Below, piece after piece: positions 36,359 through 41,321 of a stretch of DNA of 41,321 bases (the stretch's first letter is position 1; each line of letters starts with the position of its first letter). The stretch is from a virus (taxonomy: Duplodnaviria; Caudoviricetes), in the IMG/VR virus record IMGVR_UViG_3300046051_000007, positions 1 through 41,321 of that record. The stretch is one strand, 5' to 3'. Position numbers and translations under genes: made by a program. The notes under the pieces are model-generated. The model had not been told where the DNA came from. It searched no databases and was given only the letters and a program-made list of their open reading frames with translations.

Positions 36359-38394
36359 TAGTAATCACCAACCCATCGGATATGATTATTTTCCGGTTCG
36401 TATGCATTCCCATTTTGCTTGAATGACTTTAATTCACCGTGTGCAGACTCGGCGGTGATGCCAATCTCCTCTGCCTCTTCGATAATGGATTCTATTGGGA
36501 CACCATTGTCATGTTCTTCCTGGAGTTCTTTGATTAGCCCTTTTAGATCCTTCTTTCGCTCACGTTGAGTTTTGGACTGGCCAGTCTCAATGATGTCAGC
36601 ATCCCTCTCACCGTCTTCGTTTTTGCCGATATCATCCATTGACTCGCCCACTAACCGCGTGGCGGTTTTGGCATGGTCCATGGTGATCTCATCAGATAAC
36701 TCTAGTTTGGCCACTGCCTCGGCAATCCGGATTGTTGCCTCCAGTGAGCGATGAGTGACCGGGACGGGGCCGTCATCATCCTTACCCATCTGCCGGAGTT
36801 CGAGATAGCGTTCGGCAAGGCCCTCCTTGACGGTCTCCGATGCAAACTCCGGCTCATCGTGTTGGTTTGCGAGTGCCAACCACTCGCGGAATAAACTGTC
36901 ATCCACAGGCGTGGGGATGTTATCCTCGCGGTCGTCCCACGAGTCCAATATGTGAGATGCGACTTGCTCATCCTCATCTGTATCCACATTATCCTTGATG
37001 GTAAATATCAAGTCCATCCGCGATAGTAAAGCCGACGAGAAGTCGAATTGTTCAGTGATCGGTTCGTATTTGTCAAACCGCCCATGTTCTGGATTCCCGG
37101 CTGCAATAGTTGCGGTTTTTGTCGTGAAACTGGCCTTTTCGCCCGCGATCATTGCATCAACTGTCTGTGTCGACATTGGCTCAAGCATGGCTGCGCGCGC
37201 ATTGGGCTCCATATCATCCAACTCGTCGATGAGTACTGTGCCCCCGCCATTGGCTTGGACAAATGCCCCGGCTTTGAGACTCCAGTCCCCATCTCCAAAA
37301 TCATCCTGTTTGGCCGTGACGGTGAGTCCCGGGCCAGTCGCACGTTTTGAACTGACAGGGACAGTCCTCCAGCCGATCTCTGTCGCGCGCTTGACCATCC
37401 GGCTCTTACCCGTGGAGGGATCGCCCAACACAAGGATATTCATCGTTTTGCGACGCGAAGAGTCCCCCCCAGAGATCAAGGCAAGTACCATGGCCTGTTT
37501 TATTGCATCATTGCCATGTATTGAGGGAGCAAGAGTTTGGGCAGCAACATCAATCGGGTCGCCTTTTACCCCCTCTGCAATACTGTGGATCCGCTCCCGG
37601 TGCTCCGGAGGGATCTCCAGATCTGCATCATCGACATCCTCCAACCCAATATGGGAGGCATCGAGCCATGGCTCAAACTTGCCCGTGGCGTCCCGCCCAC
37701 TGGCCATTTGTTCAAGACGGAGTTGACCGGAGGCAATCACCCGATCCCCTACGGTGGCTTGATCGACGAGGGTATCCTCCAGATAAACATCCACTGTCCT
37801 CCCAGCCCCGGAGGCTTCTTCAGGGGGGGTTTTCAGTCGGATTAATTGCGCGTCGATGAAGTCGGATTGATCGAAGTTGATCTTGAATGGTCCTTGTCGT
37901 TCACAACTCTGACATTCGTGTGGTTCGTCGAGGATGTCTGCATTATCAGATTGAGGCACTTTGCTCAGGCACTCACATCGCTGACATTGGAAGCTTGCAG
38001 TGGTGATTCGTGAGTACACATCGGAGGCTTTTGCTACCTCCCCCTCGATCGAGAGATATTGACCAGAGCGGTCCGTCGGGGAAAACCCACCAGGGTAATA
38101 AGTGGCGGTTGGGGGGAGCCCCGCCAAAGCAACGTTTGCTCCTGTGAGGTCAATGTCGATCGGGAGGTCAAACATGTCAAGTGCCGACTCAAACACCCGT
38201 CCTGTGACGACAGGGTTATCCAGCCAGTCGTCGACGAGACCGGGGTCGTATTGATGGAGGTCGTCGTGCTCAACGCATAGTGTTTGTGCGTCCTTTGGAT
38301 ACTGCCTCGCTAAGGCCGCGATGTCTTCGTCGCAATACGTGCGGAAAAAGCCGAGGATCTTCTCCTCAAGCTCTTGCTGTCTCATGTCATCCAT
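36358..38394 (-). CDS. mcm: MCM replicative helicase
   Basis: Zn finger CQRC..CQSC, Walker A GDPSTGKS, Walker B LIDELD, AAGNP, arginine finger LLSRMDL, C-terminal wH. Confidence 0.95.
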   Translation of the reverse strand: MDDMRQQELEEKILGFFRTYCDEDIAALARQYPKDAQTLCVEHDDLHQYDPGLVDDWLDNPVVTGRVFESALDMFDLPIDIDLTGANVALAGLPPTATYYPGGFSPTDRSGQYLSIEGEVAKASDVYSRITTASFQCQRCECLSKVPQSDNADILDEPHECQSCERQGPFKINFDQSDFIDAQLIRLKTPPEEASGAGRTVDVYLEDTLVDQATVGDRVIASGQLRLEQMASGRDATGKFEPWLDASHIGLEDVDDADLEIPPEHRERIHSIAEGVKGDPIDVAAQTLAPSIHGNDAIKQAMVLALISGGDSSRRKTMNILVLGDPSTGKSRMVKRATEIGWRTVPVSSKRATGPGLTVTAKQDDFGDGDWSLKAGAFVQANGGGTVLIDELDDMEPNARAAMLEPMSTQTVDAMIAGEKASFTTKTATIAAGNPEHGRFDKYEPITEQFDFSSALLSRMDLIFTIKDNVDTDEDEQVASHILDSWDDREDNIPTPVDDSLFREWLALANQHDEPEFASETVKEGLAERYLELRQMGKDDDGPVPVTHRSLEATIRIAEAVAKLELSDEITMDHAKTATRLVGESMDDIGKNEDGERDADIIETGQSKTQRERKKDLKGLIKELQEEHDNGVPIESIIEEAEEIGITAESAHGELKSFKQNGNAYEPENNHIRWVGDY

Positions 38395-38499
38395 GGTGTT
38401 GTTGTGGTGTTGTGTTGTTGTTGTGTTGTTGTGGTGTTGTGGTGTTGTGGTGTTGTTGTGTTGTTGTGGTGTTGTGTTGTTGTTGTTGTTGTGTGTGTG
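38394..38499. repeat. 106-nt G/T-only low-complexity tract (C/A-only on the mcm coding strand)
   Basis: No A or C on the + strand across this interval; built from GTT/GTG/GT units. Confidence 0.95.
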
Positions 38500-38505
38500 C
38501 CACGT

Positions 38506-38755
38506 ACCGTGGTAGTCTTTATCCCGAGAATAAAGACCAAATCTGGATTGGTCGGGGAACATCCGACCATCTGATTCAGTTATGTGAGTATACATGGCTC
38601 TACTGCAATATAGTTTACATACCACACAACAAGTGATGTTTCATATTGTACAAAGGCGGTGGTTTACTTAGGTGTTTCGGCGGGGTCATAGGGGGAACCC
38701 CTCTGATTGGTCTTTATTCTCGGGATAAAGACTACCACGGTCTTTATTCTCGGGA
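38506..38755. repeat. 35-bp inverted repeat pair (38506..38540 / 38707..38741) plus partial third copy (38739..38755); putative replication origin
   Basis: ACCGTGGTAGTCTTTATCCCGAGAATAAAGACCAA and its exact reverse complement; each holds a GTCTTTAT-N7-ATAAAGAC palindrome; AT-rich spacer. Confidence 0.85.
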
Positions 38756-39201
38756 AAAACATCCTTGGGGTTATTTACTCCGGTCATGCCCATACTCTTC
38801 TTCGCTTCTGCCACGTCAACAGTGAGTTGCTTGTTGCCATCATCCGGATCCCGGCACCGAAACCCGCCGATATCAGAAGCCCTTTGCATTAATTTATAAC
38901 AGTGGCTTGGTGCAGGCTCTCCTTCAAAAACTCCCCACATCACATCGTCGTAATCGATTGCAGCCCGGCCAGAAACCCGTTTTTTTGCCTTCTCATAGAC
39001 ATGTTCTCTCACCATACCGATTTTTGTATCCACCGACAATTGTTTATAGGGTTTGTCTTTCATCTCCCCGACGAAGATTTCCACTTTCACGAGTCGCTCA
39101 CGCAGATCCTCGTTTTCCCGCTCTAAATCGTTGATCTTTGCAAGTGCGCGTTGTGCTATAGCCAGTGCGTCCTGTGCCTGTTGTGATGTGTCGTCACTCA
39201 T
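38686..39201 (-). CDS. Coiled-coil + winged-helix-like protein, candidate origin-binding protein
   Basis: N-terminal heptads; C-terminal AAIDYDDV...CYKLMQRA; the 3' end encodes the repeats (PENKD x2). Confidence 0.6.
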   Translation of the reverse strand: MSDDTSQQAQDALAIAQRALAKINDLERENEDLRERLVKVEIFVGEMKDKPYKQLSVDTKIGMVREHVYEKAKKRVSGRAAIDYDDVMWGVFEGEPAPSHCYKLMQRASDIGGFRCRDPDDGNKQLTVDVAEAKKSMGMTGVNNPKDVFPENKDRGSLYPENKDQSEGFPL

Positions 39202-39556
39202 CATCTCCCCCTCCCCGTGGCTTGGCTTTAGATGCCTGGATTGCTGCCGGGATGCTCCCGAATCGGTACTCATATGTTGAGGGGGCGGGTCCCGGCCACC
39301 CCCTCATATCCTCCGTGGTCGGGGCAACACCAAACTGTAAATAAAAAACATCAATCCATTCCAACAGTTCATCTTCTGTATACTCACGATGCAACGTCCT
39401 CGGCCTTGTTGGGATATCGTACTCCCCCATCCGCACCGAAACGGTTCTTTGACTACAACCGATAAACTCAGCCAATTCTCTTTGACTGAGGCCGATTTGA
39501 TGATATGCCTCGTACAGTGCGTCTGGTTCGAGCAGCGGGTGTTCAATTTTTGCCAT
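39194..39556 (-). CDS. HTH + homing-endonuclease-associated repeat protein
   Basis: LSQRELAEFIGCSQRTV; YTEDELL...PT...PSTYEYRFGSIPAAI. Confidence 0.75.
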   Translation of the reverse strand: MAKIEHPLLEPDALYEAYHQIGLSQRELAEFIGCSQRTVSVRMGEYDIPTRPRTLHREYTEDELLEWIDVFYLQFGVAPTTEDMRGWPGPAPSTYEYRFGSIPAAIQASKAKPRGGGDDE

Positions 39557-39654
39557 GTCCTGGTCCAAGAGCGGTGGTCCTCCTAACCGACAGATTTTTC
39601 AGACCCGTGACCAAAGTAAGAGTTGGCCCCCTTACTCCGGCTTTTCACGCTCTT

Positions 39655-39690
39655 AGTGACTACTATATCCTCCGAGTAGTAAAAAGTTGA
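39655..39690 (-). promoter_or_regulatory. Putative promoter of the leftward replication operon
   Basis: TTTTTACT box overlapping a CTACT-N10-AGTAG inverted repeat. Confidence 0.5.
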
Positions 39691-39800
39691 TGGCTACTTG
39701 CCGGGCACTCGGCAATCCTGTCAGCCGTCCGCCAGCGCCATCTCGTCGACGCGGGCCAGGAGCACGCCTGAGCACAGTCGGATCTGTGCGTCCTCATCAA
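39681..39800 (-). ncRNA. Candidate structured small RNA (about 115 nt)
   Basis: Starts at the expected TSS of promoter copy C; four hairpins and a closing stem; ends in a U-tract. Confidence 0.4.
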
Positions 39801-39801
39801 G

Positions 39802-39843
39802 TACATACGTACTACATGCACTTATAGTTGGTGGCCTAGATCC
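39802..39843 (-). promoter_or_regulatory. Repeated promoter copy C
   Basis: Reverse complement GGATCTAGGCCACCAACTATAAGTGCATGTAGTACGTATGTA. Confidence 0.8.
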
Positions 39844-39884
39844 ACCCACAATCCACTATCCAAGGTTTGACTTGTCAACAGCCG

Positions 39885-39938
39885 GCAAGTAGATTTATTA
39901 TGGTGGGGTCCTATGTATTGCATGGGTCAAAACCCATG
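39885..39938 (+). promoter_or_regulatory. Rightward promoter (TTTATTA) with CATGGGT-CAAA-ACCCATG palindrome
   Basis: TATA-like box at 39894; perfect 7-bp inverted repeat at 39921..39938 covering the expected TSS and start codon. Confidence 0.6.
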
Positions 39939-40034
39939 AATCGGAGACTGACTGACTACAAAGACGAGGGCGAAACGTGTCTGTGCGACTCAGACCTAAC
40001 CGATCTCCCGTGTTTTGAGCATTACGAACAATGA
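39936..40034 (+). CDS. Cys/His micro-protein (32 aa)
   Basis: Manual translation with CLC....DLPCFEH; ATGA-coupled. Confidence 0.55.
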   Translation: MNRRLTDYKDEGETCLCDSDLTDLPCFEHYEQ

Positions 40035-40147
40035 CTAAAACACTGGAATTAACCATCAACGGCCGAACCCTCACCGAAAACGAACGGGAGTGGCTCAACC
40101 ACGGCTGGACACCCGCAACTGTCTTACTAACAATCGATCATGAGTAA
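40031..40147 (+). CDS. Hypothetical micro-protein (38 aa)
   Basis: Coupled overlaps on both sides. Confidence 0.5.
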   Translation: MTKTLELTINGRTLTENEREWLNHGWTPATVLLTIDHE

Positions 40148-40514
40148 GCACATCACACCAAGCGAGGTAGAGGACATCAACCACCCGGTTGTGGACAGCA
40201 CAGACAAGGCCATCCTCAAAGAGTTGTCCAATGACCCAACGATCACCGAGACCTCAATTGCGGGTTATGTGGGCTTGGAGCCGACAACAGTGGCAGATCG
40301 AATCAGCAAGCTTAAGAGGAATGGCATCATCCAAGACGGTTGGGAGATTGACGAGTGGACACGGACTGCGGAGGTATCGCTGAGTGCCCTGCAGCGGGCA
40401 TTTGACCATCTGGATGTCGCGAGACAAGACCCGGGCACTCCATGGCATGCCGCTGATGAGGAGGCACACAAACGTCTACGGGTAACGCTGGAGGAGGAGA
40501 GAGCCAATGACTAG
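40140..40514 (+). CDS. Lrp/AsnC-type winged-HTH regulator
   Basis: VDSTDKAILKELSNDPTITETSIAGYVGLEPTTVADRISKLKRNGII. Confidence 0.85.
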   Translation: MSKHITPSEVEDINHPVVDSTDKAILKELSNDPTITETSIAGYVGLEPTTVADRISKLKRNGIIQDGWEIDEWTRTAEVSLSALQRAFDHLDVARQDPGTPWHAADEEAHKRLRVTLEEERAND

Positions 40515-40671
40515 CAACGACACCATGCAGTGCACGGCCAACTGTTGCTCGATCGAGCTATTCGATAAGCACAAACAGGTCACGATGGAGATGAGTGGCG
40601 GGGTTAGACACGCCTATGAGTGCCCATGCGGGGCAATCACCCTCACCATGGGCAGGGGGGGAGATGCATGA
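40507..40671 (+). CDS. Zn-ribbon micro-protein (54 aa)
   Basis: Manual translation with CTANC...YECPCG. Confidence 0.6.
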   Translation: MTSNDTMQCTANCCSIELFDKHKQVTMEMSGGVRHAYECPCGAITLTMGRGGDA

Positions 40672-40790
40672 CTGCCGAGTGCCCAACGTGCGATGTGGAT
40701 ATTGAGCGATTTGAGCGGGATGGTATCGACCATCCAACCAGGGCGTTCCCGTGCGGTCATGTAATCGATTTGGAGGAGATTGGGCAATGA
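40668..40790 (+). CDS. Zn-finger micro-protein (40 aa)
   Basis: Manual translation with CPTC...PCGH; ATGA overlaps on both sides. Confidence 0.65.
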   Translation: MTAECPTCDVDIERFERDGIDHPTRAFPCGHVIDLEEIGQ

Positions 40791-40969
40791 CTGTCCGGAT
40801 GCTCATCTTGGGGATGGCAATCAGCCTTGCGTGGAGTGTTGGGCTGGCAGCCATGCTCGGAGGGGAACCCACATGGCTCCTAATAATAATCGTTGGGGCA
40901 GCGTTTAACTTTGGACTGGTCGCAACAGCGTTGCAAATCCAGCGGACAATTGGGACGGGGGTACCATGA
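40787..40969 (+). CDS. Membrane protein (2 TM)
   Basis: Hydrophobic; GGAGG upstream. Confidence 0.65.
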   Translation: MTVRMLILGMAISLAWSVGLAAMLGGEPTWLLIIIVGAAFNFGLVATALQIQRTIGTGVP

Positions 40970-41166
40970 CAGCAATCGACATTGAGTTAGCTGCGGTCGT
41001 GCTGGAGGCAACTGGCAAGGTTAAAGGCGGGGGCAAAACGCCCTCACAAGCAGCCTGGCAGGCCTGTCAAGAGTGGGAGGGTAATATCAACCCGACTGGG
41101 TGGTGCGCAAATGTGTTTGAGTGGACAGTGCGCGTCCTCCGCAAAACGGGGTGGTTTGATGACTGA
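40966..41166 (+). CDS. Hypothetical protein
   Basis: ATGA-coupled. Confidence 0.55.
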   Translation: MTAIDIELAAVVLEATGKVKGGGKTPSQAAWQACQEWEGNINPTGWCANVFEWTVRVLRKTGWFDD

Positions 41167-41321
41167 CTGGGTTGTATACTTTCAGGGGGGGACAAATGTA
41201 AAACAGGTGTCCGAACCGGTTGATAGTCGCTCAGAAGCAGAGGAGCGGGGGGCAGAGGTGTCCCACTTATTCCCAGACGGTGAAATGCAAGTCGCACAGT
41301 TTGAGAACTTGGCCGAAGAGG
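41159..41321 (+). CDS. 5' part of the recombinase-like gene that continues at position 1
   Basis: MTDWVVYFQGG...ENLAEE is open to the window end and in frame with 3..560. Confidence 0.75.
   Translation, partial: MTDWVVYFQGGTNVKQVSEPVDSRSEAEERGAEVSHLFPDGEMQVAQFENLAEE

Noticed and set aside
38394-38499. Telomere-like interpretation of the TG tract
   Set aside because: Internal position, no fixed repeat unit, and no telomerase or protelomerase gene
38395-38625. 77-aa N/T/H/Q-rich N-terminal extension of MCM in the ORF track
   Set aside because: It is largely a translation of the C/A tract, which cannot contain stops. MCM-like sequence starts at MDDMRQQE (38394).
38506-38755. Mini-CRISPR array
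   Set aside because: The full copies are inverted, the direct copies are only 30 bp apart with no proper spacer, and there are no cas genes
39194-39556. Homing endonuclease
   Set aside because: Only the associated repeat and an HTH are present; no HNH catalytic motif
39694-39892. Invertible promoter segment or MITE bounded by 11-bp inverted repeats
   Set aside because: No recombinase or transposase in the genome and no target duplication; an 11-bp match within 200 bp is expected by chance in 41 kb

Overview
This looks like the complete, circularly permuted genome (41.3 kb) of a tailed haloarchaeal virus (Caudoviricetes, siphovirus-like layout). The last 163 nt read in frame into the first ORF. 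The proteome is acidic, and GC looks moderate by eye with several GC-richer islands. The minus strand carries one long run of genes: a replication block (HNH-repeat HTH protein, coiled-coil/wHTH protein, putative origin, MCM helicase, Hjc), then PAPS-reductase-family protein, dCTP deaminase, HTH-metallophosphoesterase and ParB-C5-methyltransferase. These are followed by TerS, TerL, portal-MuF fusion, XkdF-like protease/scaffold, major capsid protein, neck genes, tail tube, tail chaperones with a lambda-type GGGAAAG -1 frameshift, a short tape measure, tail tip and fibre. The plus strand (about 39.9 kb wrapping to 6.2 kb) is an accessory region of small Zn-finger, HTH and membrane ORFs, an annealing-type recombinase and a second C5-methyltransferase. 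I found no integrase, DNA polymerase, tRNA or CRISPR array. Most unusual: (i) a three-copy promoter, one copy of which may drive a multi-hairpin small RNA; (ii) a 37-bp RBS/start repeat heading two unrelated GC-rich genes; (iii) a 106-nt G/T-only tract plus 35-bp inverted palindromes before MCM; (iv) a truncated ADP-ribosyltransferase-like ORF coupled to an RHH-like gene. All calls come from motif recognition by eye; no searches were run.
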